Assembly: GCA_965279035.1 (NCBI GenBank)
Contig: OZ257142.1
Location: 3,872,001-3,936,000, forward strand
Reading direction: 5' to 3'
Length of the DNA: 64,000 bases
From: Bacteroidia bacterium
GTDB lineage: Bacteria; Bacteroidota; Bacteroidia; M30B66
Each line of letters begins with the position of its first letter. The first letter of the stretch is position 1. This document shows, piece by piece, positions 1-9,662 of this stretch. The notes beneath the pieces were generated by a model, which worked only from the letters and a program-made list of their open reading frames with translations, had not been told where the DNA came from and searched no databases. The position numbers and the translations under genes are program-made.

Positions 1-147
1 AATTCATTGATTTCATTGTTGATGGAGATTTACAATTTAGTTCCTTTCATTTCAATTGTCCGTTATCAACAAGAAAAATCCATATTTATATATGATGTAA
101 TCAATAAAAAAACTAGTGAGTATGTTGGGGAATTTCATTTGTTATAA
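1..147 (+). CDS. 3' end of a hypothetical protein entering from the left edge
   Basis: Frame 1 open from base 1 (NSLISLLMEIY...GEFHLL) to TAA at 145-147; no recognisable motif. Confidence 0.4.
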   Translation, partial: NSLISLLMEIYNLVPFISIVRYQQEKSIFIYDVINKKTSEYVGEFHLL

Positions 148-174
148 AATCTCGGACTTTTTAATTTCGATTAA

Positions 175-762
175 TTAAAATTTTATCTGAATTCCAAACG
201 CTAGTAATTTTGTAAATGATATACCAGGAATATCATAATCGTATTGTGAATGAGGAATAAAATGTGCCCTTTTTCTTATATGAGAAATGCAAATAGGCTC
301 AAAAATAAATTGAAAACGATTATTTATGACATAGTATAATCTAGGGAAAATACCAATATTGAAAATGGATACTCTTTTTTTCATAGGTTCATTTTGCAAA
401 TAGTTTCCAATGTCAATACCAACGCCCAGTAAAAATTTATTTTTAGATAAATGAAAAATATATTCTGCATTAAAAGCAATTGCATGATTATCAATGAATT
501 TACTTCCATTAAAGACTTTTATTGGAATGCCTACTATTAGCTTGCCTGAAAGCCTGCCGTTATACTGATAATTTATTAAGAAGTTATTATTGTAAAATGC
601 ATTCACAGAGCCTATTTTACCATTTATGAGTTGGTATAGATTATCATGAAGATAGCCTATGTACAGTTTACTTTTCTTTTCTGGTTGTAGTATTTGTGAA
701 AAAACATTTAAGGAAGTAAAACATAAAATTATCAAAGCGAACCAATACCAAAAAAATCTCAT
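175..762 (-). CDS. Hypothetical exported protein, possibly a small outer-membrane beta-barrel
   Basis: 195 aa, signal-peptide-like N-terminus, amphipathic strands, C-terminal FGIQIKF; AT-rich. Confidence 0.6.
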   Translation of the reverse strand: MRFFWYWFALIILCFTSLNVFSQILQPEKKSKLYIGYLHDNLYQLINGKIGSVNAFYNNNFLINYQYNGRLSGKLIVGIPIKVFNGSKFIDNHAIAFNAEYIFHLSKNKFLLGVGIDIGNYLQNEPMKKRVSIFNIGIFPRLYYVINNRFQFIFEPICISHIRKRAHFIPHSQYDYDIPGISFTKLLAFGIQIKF

Positions 763-819
763 GAAATCTAATGTAAGAATTAGTTTTTAAGAAAGGTTAC
801 TTTTAGATTGAATATATCT

Positions 820-915
820 TCATTTATAAAGTTCGTATTTTTTGCAACCGGAAAAGCCCATCATCATTACCGATATTATCAGTAAAAATCCAGCGAGTAT
901 GTTCGGGTATTTCAT
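820..915 (-). pseudogene. Truncated lipoprotein remnant, paralog of 2430..2954
   Basis: MKYPNILAGFLLIISVMMMGFSGCKKYELYK*: lipoprotein signal and the same GCKKYE motif as the neighbouring lipoprotein, stop after 31 aa. Confidence 0.5.
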
Positions 916-935
916 AGTGTTTTTAGTATTATTTA

Positions 936-1338
936 ACCCGTTGTGCGGTTGAATTATCAATTTATTTTTTCATATTAAACAATGAAATAAGGCTGTTAAT
1001 GCTTCTTGACACTATATCATTCATGTTTGTCTACGACGTATTACTTTCTTGTCTTAACACACGCTTCGACAAGCTCAGCGTGCATGCAAAGAAGGTCAAG
1101 TCTGGACGATGCTGAATACGCTCAAGGCCTTTTTTCGACCATTTTGCTCGGATAAGCTTTTTTCTCATCTATGTCGAAACACACCCTCGCCGCCCAGACA
1201 AAGCCACCTCAAGATCCGTTTCTAAACCTAATTTTAATTTAAGTAATTTAATTTAAAGGCATTACATAAGTAATGATTATTGGGGTAAGCGATAAATAGT
1301 GTTGAATGATAATTCTAATTTTTAACCGCACAACGGGT
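936..1338. mobile_element. Non-autonomous MITE-like element with IS982 terminal inverted repeats, copy 1 (403 bp)
   Basis: Starts ACCCGTTGTGCGGTTGAAT and ends TTTTTAACCGCACAACGGGT, identical to the two ends of the adjacent IS982; no ORF; diverged copy at 8569..8959. Confidence 0.9.
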
Positions 1339-1349
1339 TTAGTTATTTA

Positions 1350-2370
1350 ACCCGTTGTGCGGTTAAAAAGTCAAAGTATGTTTGACCTGGTTTAGAGGTC
1401 TTTGATTGATCATATTCAAGTATTGTAGACAAGTGAATGCCCCTATTTTACTAGTGATTCGTGCAAAGAATCCATAAAAGCTTTTAGCAAAATTCTTTTT
1501 AATTGAGAACTGATCACAGAATTGAGAAAAGGTTGTTTCGATTCTTTTTCTTGTTTTGCGATATAGTGGATTCCATTGAGTTGGTCCAACTTGATTTCCA
1601 CGCAATGGTGTAATCAATTTTACTGAGTATTCTTTGAATAAACTTAATTGGATGTTTTTCCCAATATAACCTTTGTCCCCAAGCAAATTTACATTCTCTA
1701 AAAACCCTTTTGTCATATCATCTAAAGTCTTTACATCATGCACATTTGCTTGCGTTATAGCGAAATTATTGATTACTGAATTTGAGCTAACAACCATATT
1801 GAGTTTATAACCAAAATAATGCGTTTTATCAATTGCAGAAAATCCTTTTGCAGGCAAAAAATCAAGATCATCTTTCATAATTTTAAGATTACTACAACGA
1901 ACAAAACGACAAATTGGAAGAGGCATTGAATCTATGATAAAAGTTTCTTCTCCTTCAGAAAGTTCATTACTTAGTTTTTCAGAGAGCTGATCAATAAAAG
2001 GCTGCAAGAATCTTCTGCGTCGATTGAAATTAGTTCTGTCTGGAAGTGTTTTGCAATACTGTGGATATGAATTTCTTAGAATTGAGAATAGCATGTTTTC
2101 AGAATCTATTTGCATTGCTTCTGCTGTAAAAGCCAATGCAACTATCTCAATATCTGAAGCTTTAGGCTGGTTCGAGTATCGACGAAAATTTCCATTTGTC
2201 AGATTATCAGCGCCATATACTTCGATTAGCAATTGACGAAACTTGGTTATATTCGCTATGAGGTTGTGCATATTAGATTTGTGTGAGAACTCTTCTAATA
2301 TACTGTATATCAGTTTAATGCACAACCTTATTTTAAATTAATTATCTACATATTCAACCGCACAACGGGT
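1350..2370 (-). mobile_element. IS982-family insertion sequence, copy 1 (1021 bp)
   Basis: ACCCGTTGTGCGGTT terminal IRs, single DDE transposase; same protein as 21658..22678. Confidence 0.95.
1363..2271 (-). CDS. IS982-family DDE transposase
   Basis: IIDSMP, GYKL, NVHD, GDKGY and RKRIETTFSQ motifs; likely start MHNL at 2271; stop codon lies in the IR. Confidence 0.93.
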   Translation of the reverse strand: MHNLIANITKFRQLLIEVYGADNLTNGNFRRYSNQPKASDIEIVALAFTAEAMQIDSENMLFSILRNSYPQYCKTLPDRTNFNRRRRFLQPFIDQLSEKLSNELSEGEETFIIDSMPLPICRFVRCSNLKIMKDDLDFLPAKGFSAIDKTHYFGYKLNMVVSSNSVINNFAITQANVHDVKTLDDMTKGFLENVNLLGDKGYIGKNIQLSLFKEYSVKLITPLRGNQVGPTQWNPLYRKTRKRIETTFSQFCDQFSIKKNFAKSFYGFFARITSKIGAFTCLQYLNMINQRPLNQVKHTLTF

Positions 2371-2429
2371 TATTATTTATTCTACCCTATTATAATAAAA
2401 TGATATCGATTTATAAAATAGGAACATGT

Positions 2430-2954
2430 TTAATTTTCATATTTCCTGAATTTTAAAGAAAGTTTGTTGTTAGGATTTAATGGCGTTGCAGTTTGTTCGA
2501 ATGGAAAATTTGCTGCATCTAAATGCATTTCATCTTTGGTTAATTTTTTAATAGTTCCAAACATTCTGAATTCTTCATTATCATTCAATCTTAAAGTTAC
2601 ACTTATATCATCAAATGTTTTATTATGTTCAAAAGCCCATTTACTTTCTCCATAAACATTTAATAGTTCATTTGAGCTTTTGCTATATACATAGAGGTAA
2701 GGAGTTCCATACTGATCCTTTTTATCTCCTGAGAAATCAAAATAAAAATCTCCAAAATAACGTTTGAAAAATGCCATCGAATCGGCGCCATTATATGTGC
2801 ATTCTACTAATTCCTTTTTGCCTACTAAGCGTTTATTTATCGACCGCAACGTAAACCAATAATCGTCCTCTTCATATTTTTTACATCCAGCAAGAATTAC
2901 TAAGGCGAGCCCGAAGAATAGAAACAAAAACCTCAAAGTGCTTTGCATTTTCAT
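2430..2954 (-). CDS. Hypothetical lipoprotein
   Basis: Lipobox LAGC followed by KKYEED, resembling a Bacteroidota surface-export signal. Confidence 0.75.
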   Translation of the reverse strand: MKMQSTLRFLFLFFGLALVILAGCKKYEEDDYWFTLRSINKRLVGKKELVECTYNGADSMAFFKRYFGDFYFDFSGDKKDQYGTPYLYVYSKSSNELLNVYGESKWAFEHNKTFDDISVTLRLNDNEEFRMFGTIKKLTKDEMHLDAANFPFEQTATPLNPNNKLSLKFRKYEN

Positions 2955-3044
2955 CCGTTGGTTTCGTTTAATTTATTCTTTCGAAATTACACAAACATGG
3001 GGAATAAAGGTTCGGGTGATTTCACGGGAATGATAAACAAATCA

Positions 3045-3701
3045 TTATTTCCCCACCTGAACCGGATCACCTAAAAAACGGGGCTGGGTTGGTAAAATAT
3101 ACACATCTAGCACTGCCTTTAATCGAGCTAGGTATTCACGAAATACGGTGGTTAAGGAATACACATCTGGAACACTTCGGGCGGCAAAACCTACAGCACT
3201 TAAGCCATAATGGCGAGCAATAAATAAAGCACGTTCCACATGAAATTCTTGTGAAATAATGGTAAAGGAAGTTTGTCCAAATACCCGATAACATCGAATC
3301 ACCGAATCGAATGTGCGAATTCCGGCATAATCTAAATAGATAACCGAATCGGGAATTCCTCGGGCGATTAAGGCTCTTCGCATATCGCGTGGTTCATTGT
3401 AAGTCAAAGTTCGATTATCGCCACTCACTAAAAGGTAGTCAACTTTATGGTTGTTGAACAATTCAACTGCTGCATCAATGCGATAACGAAAAAACAAATT
3501 CGGATTCCCAGAACGGTTGTATTTACTCGTGCCCAACAACAAGCCCACTTTGGTATGAGGCATTTCCTGTGTATCTGTAAAAATCCAAGAATCACTTTCT
3601 TCATCAATCCAGTAATTACTCCAATACACAAGTCCTCCCGTTAGCAAAAGCGCTAAAAAGAGATACAAGAGTGTACGACGAAACCAAGTACGGCGGAGCA
3701 T
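3045..3701 (-). CDS. sanA: SanA/YdcF (DUF218) family envelope protein
   Basis: N-terminal TM; LLLGTS, VSGDN, YNEP, DYAG.RT.DS, SQ.FH..RA and RE.LAR motifs. Confidence 0.88.
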   Translation of the reverse strand: MLRRTWFRRTLLYLFLALLLTGGLVYWSNYWIDEESDSWIFTDTQEMPHTKVGLLLGTSKYNRSGNPNLFFRYRIDAAVELFNNHKVDYLLVSGDNRTLTYNEPRDMRRALIARGIPDSVIYLDYAGIRTFDSVIRCYRVFGQTSFTIISQEFHVERALFIARHYGLSAVGFAARSVPDVYSLTTVFREYLARLKAVLDVYILPTQPRFLGDPVQVGK

Positions 3702-3768
3702 TTTTCAAATATCGGAATTTCTCGCCGATTCTCCGATTGTGGTCTGTTCTTCAGCCAAGCCGAATTGT

Positions 3769-3776
3769 TATCTTTG
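3769..3776 (+). promoter_or_regulatory. Bacteroidota primary-sigma -7 element
   Basis: TATCTTTG matches TAnnTTTG, 17 nt before the ATG at 3794. Confidence 0.65.
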
Positions 3777-3793
3777 CCGCAAATTCCGCCTGT

Positions 3794-6211
3794 ATGAGCA
3801 GTCCTCAAAACGAATCCCCTTCTTCTAGCGAACTGAGTTTCGAAGAATTCCTCGCATCCGTTATTAACGACTACCGGATTGCCTGCATCAGCCGCGAAAC
3901 AAGCCTTCTCGGGCGGAAAGAAGTCCTCACCGGGAAAGCCAAATTCGGCATCTTCGGCGATGGGAAAGAAATTCCGCAGATTGCCATGGCGAAAGCCTTC
4001 AAAAACGGCGATTTCCGTTCGGGATACTACCGCGATCAAACGTTCATGCTCGCAGCCGGACTTATGACGGTAGAAGCATTCTTTGCTCAACTATACGCCC
4101 ATGCCGACGAAGAAGCAGAACCAATGTCATCGGGTCGTTCCATGAATGGACACTATGCAACCACAACGGTCAATCCAGATGGTTCTTGGAGAGCATTAAC
4201 CAGTCTAAAAAATTCATCAGCCGATATTTCACCAACTGCCGGACAAATGCCACGTTTATTAGGTTTAGCATTGGCTTCCAAGGTTTTTCGTAACAATCCG
4301 GAATTGAAACATGCGACCAACTTGTCGATAAACGGCAATGAAGTAGCATTTGGAACCATTGGTGATGCGAGTACTTCCGAAGGATTATTCTTTGAAACCA
4401 TTAATGCTGCTGGAGTTTTACAAGTTCCCATGGCGATTTCGGTTTGGGATGATGGCTATGGAATTTCGGTTGCACGTAAATTTCAAACCACCAAATCGAG
4501 TATTTCGAAAGCATTAGCTGGATTTGAAGCGAATGAAGATGGTAACGGGTTCCGCATCTACAAAGGAAAAGGTTGGGATTATCCCGGACTTTGCGAGCTG
4601 TACGAAAAAGGAATCAGCCGCATGCGTGAAGAACATGTGCCTGCTTTGTTCCACATCGAAGAAGTAACACAACCACAAGGACATTCCACTTCGGGTTCAC
4701 ACGAACGGTATAAAACCAAAGAGCGTCTCGATTGGGAAGCCGAATTCGATTGCATCAAGAAAATGCGCGAATGGATGCTCGAAACAGCATTATCAACTGT
4801 TGAAGAATTGGATGCGATAGAGAAAGAAGCAAAGACATTCGTACGTGATGCGCGTCGTGCTGCTTGGGATGCATTTCAAGCTCCGATTTTAAAAACGAAA
4901 ACAGATGTTCTTGCTTTATTAGAATCCTTGTTAGCAGAGCATTCCAACACCGAAGTGGCATCGTTACGCGATCAACTTTTGGCGAATAAAGAACCCCTTC
5001 GTCGCGATATTTTAGAAGCTGTTCGTAAATCCTTGCGCATCACCCGTTCGGAGAAATCCGCTTCGCGTCAGGCATTAAAAAATTGGCTCAATCAGGAGCA
5101 AACAGCTAATTTCGAGCGTTACAGTTCTTGGCTTTACACCGAAAACACAGGTTCTGCCTTGAATATTGAAGCTGTTGCTGCTGACTATTCGGAGGAAGAA
5201 AAATTAGTCGACGGTCGAGAAATCTTGCGAGATAACTTCGACGCCATTCTGGCCAACAACCCGTATTTCCTCACGTTTGGAGAAGATAGCGGTGGAATTG
5301 GAGGAGTAAATCAAACTCTCGAAGGACTGCAGAAAAAATACGGAGAGATTCGAGTAAGTGATACTGGAATCCGCGAAGCGACCATTCTCGGACAAGGCAT
5401 TGGAATGGCTATGCGTGGATTACGTCCCGTGGCAGAGATTCAATATCTCGATTATTTGCTCTATGCCATTCAGATCATGAGTGATGATTTGGCAACACTA
5501 CGCTATCGCACCAAAGGCAAGCAAAAAGCACCACTTATTGTTGCAACACGTGGACATCGTTTGGAAGGAATCTGGCATTCAGGTTCGCCCATGGGCATGA
5601 TTATCAACGCTGTTCGAGGCATGTATGTATGCGTTCCTCGCAATATGACGCAGGCTGCAGGATTTTACAATACGCTTTTAGCTGCTGATGATCCAGCATT
5701 AATTATTGAACCATTAAATGGGTATCGTACCAAAGAACGTCAACCCGAAAACATGGGAGAATTCCGCGTTCCACTTGGGATTCCGGAAGTGTTGCAAGAA
5801 GGGAATGATGTTACCTTGGTGACGTATGGTTCATGCTGCCGAATTGCTTCAGATGCCTGCAAAGAATTAGCAAATTTGGGTGTTTCGGTAGAATTAATTG
5901 ATGTACAAACCTTGTTGCCTTTCGACCGTCATCACCGCATCGCAGAAAGTTTGAAAAAGACTGGGAAATTATTCATCCTCGATGAAGATGTGCAAGGTGG
6001 AGCGAGTGGTTTCATGCTTCAGCAGATTCTCGAAGTGCAGAAAGGTTTCCGCTACTTAGATGCTGAACCGGTAACGTTAACCGCGAAAGATCATCGTCCT
6101 GCTTATGGTTCCGATGGAGATTACTTCTCTAAGCCAGCGGTGGATGATGTGGTTGAAAAAGTGTACGCGGTTTTACACGAATATGCCCCTACCCGATTCC
6201 CAGAAATCTAA
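3794..6211 (+). CDS. Fused alpha/beta 2-oxoacid (branched-chain type) dehydrogenase E1
   Basis: TPP motif GDASTSEG, transketolase central and C-terminal domains (DTGIRE, GIWHS); start moved to MSSPQ downstream of the promoter. Confidence 0.92.
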   Translation: MSSPQNESPSSSELSFEEFLASVINDYRIACISRETSLLGRKEVLTGKAKFGIFGDGKEIPQIAMAKAFKNGDFRSGYYRDQTFMLAAGLMTVEAFFAQLYAHADEEAEPMSSGRSMNGHYATTTVNPDGSWRALTSLKNSSADISPTAGQMPRLLGLALASKVFRNNPELKHATNLSINGNEVAFGTIGDASTSEGLFFETINAAGVLQVPMAISVWDDGYGISVARKFQTTKSSISKALAGFEANEDGNGFRIYKGKGWDYPGLCELYEKGISRMREEHVPALFHIEEVTQPQGHSTSGSHERYKTKERLDWEAEFDCIKKMREWMLETALSTVEELDAIEKEAKTFVRDARRAAWDAFQAPILKTKTDVLALLESLLAEHSNTEVASLRDQLLANKEPLRRDILEAVRKSLRITRSEKSASRQALKNWLNQEQTANFERYSSWLYTENTGSALNIEAVAADYSEEEKLVDGREILRDNFDAILANNPYFLTFGEDSGGIGGVNQTLEGLQKKYGEIRVSDTGIREATILGQGIGMAMRGLRPVAEIQYLDYLLYAIQIMSDDLATLRYRTKGKQKAPLIVATRGHRLEGIWHSGSPMGMIINAVRGMYVCVPRNMTQAAGFYNTLLAADDPALIIEPLNGYRTKERQPENMGEFRVPLGIPEVLQEGNDVTLVTYGSCCRIASDACKELANLGVSVELIDVQTLLPFDRHHRIAESLKKTGKLFILDEDVQGGASGFMLQQILEVQKGFRYLDAEPVTLTAKDHRPAYGSDGDYFSKPAVDDVVEKVYAVLHEYAPTRFPEI

Positions 6212-7020
6212 TGGAAAGAACCACAGAAGCCGACTCACGCTACGATGGGCTTGAGCACATGAGCACAGCCGATTTGCTCAGCAACATCAACCGGGAAGAT
6301 CATACTGTTGCCACTGCGGTACAAATGGAAATTCCACGCATTGAACGTTTGGTAGATGCCATTGTAGAGAAAATGAAACTCGGTGGTCGCTTGTTTTACA
6401 TTGGCGCTGGCACAAGTGGACGATTAGGCGTAGTGGATGCATCGGAATGTCCGCCTACGTTTGGGATTGAGTTTGATCGGGTGATCGGCATCATTGCAGG
6501 TGGAGATAAAGCCATTCGTAAAGCTGTTGAATTTGCCGAGGATGATTTAGATCAAGCTTGGATTGATTTGAAAGAATGGAATATTAACTCGAACGATGTA
6601 GTTGTTGGCATTGCTGCTTCGGGAACAACGCCGTATGTGATTGGTGGAGTTTCGGATGCGAAGAAAGCAGGATGCATCACAGGTTGTATTACGTGCAATG
6701 CTGGTAGTCCATTAGCTGGCTTGGTAGATTTTCCGATTGAAGCTGTAAGCGGACCCGAATTCGTTACCGGAAGCACACGTATGAAAGCTGGTACCGCGCA
6801 AAAGCTAGTGTTGAACATGTTGAGCACCGCGGTTATGATACGACTCGGTCGCGTGAAGGGAAATAAAATGGTGGATATGCAGTTGACAAATAACAAATTG
6901 GTCGATCGAGGCACGCGCATGATTATGAAAGCGGTAGGAAAATCGGAGGAAGAATCACGGTCTTTGTTGTTGCAGCATGGAAGTGTGCGCAAAGCGATTG
7001 ATGCAGTGTTGCAATCCTGA
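6211..7020 (+). CDS. murQ: N-acetylmuramic acid 6-phosphate etherase
   Basis: GAGTSGRLGVVDASECPPTFG, GPEFVTGSTRMKAGTAQK and NKMVD motifs. Confidence 0.96.
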   Translation: MERTTEADSRYDGLEHMSTADLLSNINREDHTVATAVQMEIPRIERLVDAIVEKMKLGGRLFYIGAGTSGRLGVVDASECPPTFGIEFDRVIGIIAGGDKAIRKAVEFAEDDLDQAWIDLKEWNINSNDVVVGIAASGTTPYVIGGVSDAKKAGCITGCITCNAGSPLAGLVDFPIEAVSGPEFVTGSTRMKAGTAQKLVLNMLSTAVMIRLGRVKGNKMVDMQLTNNKLVDRGTRMIMKAVGKSEEESRSLLLQHGSVRKAIDAVLQS

Positions 7021-7028
7021 TTCGAAGT

Positions 7029-7598
7029 ATGCAGGAACTCGAACCATTCTATAACTGGCGCGACTATTACATTTCGGCCGATGATCCGGCTTCGCCATTT
7101 TATGGAAGAGAATACAGCGAGTTTGAATACAGCAGCACGATTTATAATTTTTACATCCATCCACAATGGGATGAATTTGGTTCAGAAACGCTTTATTTAA
7201 AAGTACTTTTTGCCGATTACGACCGCGGTTTTGCCGTGATTGAATTTATCGGTGAATGGAACGATGCCATTGGAAACGACGTGATGTTTCTCAAACGAGA
7301 TATCATTGATTTAATGATTTCAGAAGGCATCACGAATTATATTTTAATTGGTGAAAACGTACTGAACTTCCACGCCGAAAGCGAAGACTATTATGAAGAA
7401 TGGTTCGATGATATTGAAGATGGCTGGATTGTCGGATTGAATTTCCGAGAACATGTTGTTCGTGAATTTAATGATTACGGAATTGATCAGTATCTTTTAT
7501 TCAGCGGTCGTTTTGATGAAATAAATTGGCGCAAATACCAACCTGTAGCACTGTTTGAGCTTATTCAAAGCTATATGCAGCGCAGATTGAATCCTTAG
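7029..7598 (+). CDS. Conserved hypothetical Bacteroidota protein
   Basis: 189 aa acidic/aromatic protein (YNFYIHPQWDEFGSETLY, GEWND), core-like composition, operonic with murQ. Confidence 0.8.
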   Translation: MQELEPFYNWRDYYISADDPASPFYGREYSEFEYSSTIYNFYIHPQWDEFGSETLYLKVLFADYDRGFAVIEFIGEWNDAIGNDVMFLKRDIIDLMISEGITNYILIGENVLNFHAESEDYYEEWFDDIEDGWIVGLNFREHVVREFNDYGIDQYLLFSGRFDEINWRKYQPVALFELIQSYMQRRLNP

Positions 7599-7674
7599 TC
7601 AGGTTTGGGTTTGAAACATAATAAAAGTATGTTCGTAATCACATTTGATTTTTTCTAAAATTCTACCAATTAAT

Positions 7675-8562
7675 ATGAAAAAGCTCCTCTCAATAATTCT
7701 AGTTTTTATACCATTTATTCAATATGCTCAGGTGGATGTGTTTGGAGGAGGAGCAATAACATTGGGAATTAAATCGAATCATGTTACACATTCTGGGTTT
7801 TATGGAAGAACTTTAAATACAGGCTCACCAGGAGCTATTCTTCCAAATCAAAACCTAGAGCTTTTAACGGATCAAGGTTCTGCAATAAATTTAGACTTTC
7901 ACTATTATAAATTTGAGGATAATTATTTCTCAGTATATGACTTGAGTGGAATGATTTACTTCTTGAGTTATTTTGGAAATATGGGATCTAATCACAATGG
8001 TGAAACAGGATATTCTTTAGCAAAAAGGTTTACCACACCCTCTGAGAATTTATTAAAAGTTCCCAATCCAGTTGAATACACAAAAGCTTCCCGTTTTTGG
8101 AATTTGGATCTATTAAGCGTTAAAACTTCATTCGGAAAAAGAAATTTAAATGGTGGATTTAATTTAGTATTTAAATCAATGGGAGTAACAGGGCCATTTA
8201 CTTGGTTTGTCGATAAAAATAATCAATATGTCTATTACAATTTAACGAATGTGCACAGCTTACGCATTTTATTAGGACCCAACATTTCCTATCGTAAAAC
8301 AATTGGAATGTTCTCTGTAGTATCGATGGCTGGAGTTAATTTCTGTGCAAATAGAGAAGATTTTAAAATTAAATACAATCCATTTTTTAGCACCGTATTA
8401 TTCTTTGGAAAAGGCCTTGGTGGTTCACTTGGATTTAAATACGAAGTTGTAAAAGGAAATTCTGAAATTCAATTTACCGGTGATGAAATATTAAAAAATC
8501 CAGTTAGTCTGAATCAATTCGAAATTAAATTGGGAATTAATTTAACGGGAACTAAGAAATAA
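7675..8562 (+). CDS. Hypothetical exported/outer-membrane protein
   Basis: MKKLLSIIL signal peptide, beta-strand-rich, AT-rich. Confidence 0.7.
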   Translation: MKKLLSIILVFIPFIQYAQVDVFGGGAITLGIKSNHVTHSGFYGRTLNTGSPGAILPNQNLELLTDQGSAINLDFHYYKFEDNYFSVYDLSGMIYFLSYFGNMGSNHNGETGYSLAKRFTTPSENLLKVPNPVEYTKASRFWNLDLLSVKTSFGKRNLNGGFNLVFKSMGVTGPFTWFVDKNNQYVYYNLTNVHSLRILLGPNISYRKTIGMFSVVSMAGVNFCANREDFKIKYNPFFSTVLFFGKGLGGSLGFKYEVVKGNSEIQFTGDEILKNPVSLNQFEIKLGINLTGTKK

Positions 8563-8568
8563 TTTAGA

Positions 8569-8959
8569 ACCTGTTGTGCGGTTAAATATTAGAATTATCC
8601 TTCAACAATATTTATCGTTTACCCTAATAATAAATACTTATTTAATGCCTATTAATTAAATTATTTAAAATTAAAATTAGGTTTAGAAACGGATAAGTGA
8701 GGTGGCTATGTCTGGGCGGCGAGGGTGTGTTTCGACATAGATTAGAATAAAATTTGTCCCAGCAGTATGGTCGAAAAAAGGCCCTGCGCGTAAGCAGCAT
8801 CGTCCAGACTTGACCTTCTTTGATTACTTTCTTGTGTCAAGACAAGAAAGTAATACGTCGTAGACAAACATGAATGATTAATTGACTAAATACAGCAACA
8901 GTCTTAATTTATTGATAAACCTAGAAAAATCATTTTGAAAAGTTAATAGTATAACTGAT
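8569..8959. mobile_element. Degenerate copy 2 of the IS982-ended MITE, inverted relative to copy 1
   Basis: Starts ACCTGTTGTGCGGTTAAA, colinear with the reverse complement of 936..1338; far IR decayed (AAGTTAATAGTATAACTGAT vs AATTCAACCGCACAACGGGT). Confidence 0.85.
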
Positions 8960-8964
8960 TCGAT

Positions 8965-9429
8965 TTATTTCTGATTAAATTCCGACAATAATATCTCTAC
9001 CACTTTCTTGTCAATCGGCCAAGTCACCTGATCGGAATTTAATTGATCTACAGAAATCCAACGAAATGCTTGTGAATCATTGATTTCAGCAACACCTTCA
9101 TAAGGAATCTGAACCGTTGGAAATTGAGGTTCATTTATAAAACGACAGAGGTAATACACACTAATTAATTGTCCACCTCCGCGAAACATCGATTGCTGAA
9201 AAAAGTCGGTGGTGTAAAAATGTCGGATGATTTCTATCTCTTCAAAACATTCTTCCTGAAACTCGCGCTTTAGTCCGTCGATTAAGCCTTCGCCGTATTC
9301 AAGTCCACCGCCAGGAAATTTAGTCATGTACTGACTTTGACAATATTCATCGCTCAACAAAAGTTCGTTATTAGAGTTGATGACTAAGCCATAAACTCGC
9401 ACATTAAAAGGAAGCTGAAACGTTTGCAT
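8965..9429 (-). CDS. NUDIX hydrolase
   Basis: Nudix box PGGGLEYGEGLIDGLKREFQEE; TATATTTG -7 box just upstream of the ATG at 9429. Confidence 0.9.
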   Translation of the reverse strand: MQTFQLPFNVRVYGLVINSNNELLLSDEYCQSQYMTKFPGGGLEYGEGLIDGLKREFQEECFEEIEIIRHFYTTDFFQQSMFRGGGQLISVYYLCRFINEPQFPTVQIPYEGVAEINDSQAFRWISVDQLNSDQVTWPIDKKVVEILLSEFNQK

Positions 9430-9611
9430 GGTCAAATATACGTGTGATAAAGACAGGGAAATGAAAAAAGGCAGCCTTCATTCGAAAACCAAATTCAACT
9501 CAAACTGGAACCACCCCTATTCTCAACCCATTCCCCACAGGGATAAAAAGAGTAACAGTTCGTTTGTAGAGAACAATTGTAGCTCGACAATCAAAAAAGA
9601 ACTTTGAAACT

Positions 9612-9641
9612 TGTACGCAATTGTGTACGTAATATCGTACA
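9612..9641 (+). promoter_or_regulatory. Probable yefM-yoeB autorepression operator
   Basis: TGTACG, TGTACG and CGTACA with GTAC cores at 9613, 9625 and 9637 (12-bp period), like the TGTACA operators of yefM-yoeB/axe-txe. Confidence 0.7.
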
Positions 9642-9662
9642 TTTACATAAAATCTTGGTAAA

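Noticed and set aside
150-172. CTCGGACT resembling a REP half-site
   Set aside because: No complementary arm or CTAC foot; probably chance or too decayed to call
936-1338. MITE core as tRNA, group II intron remnant or retron ncRNA
   Set aside because: No cloverleaf, no recognisable domain V or GUGYG start, and no reverse transcriptase nearby
3653-4090. 145-aa antisense ORF and other shadow ORFs (6552..7166, 33618..33983, 59312..59734, and short ORFs inside typA)
   Set aside because: They overlap well-supported genes on the other strand or frame and have no motifs
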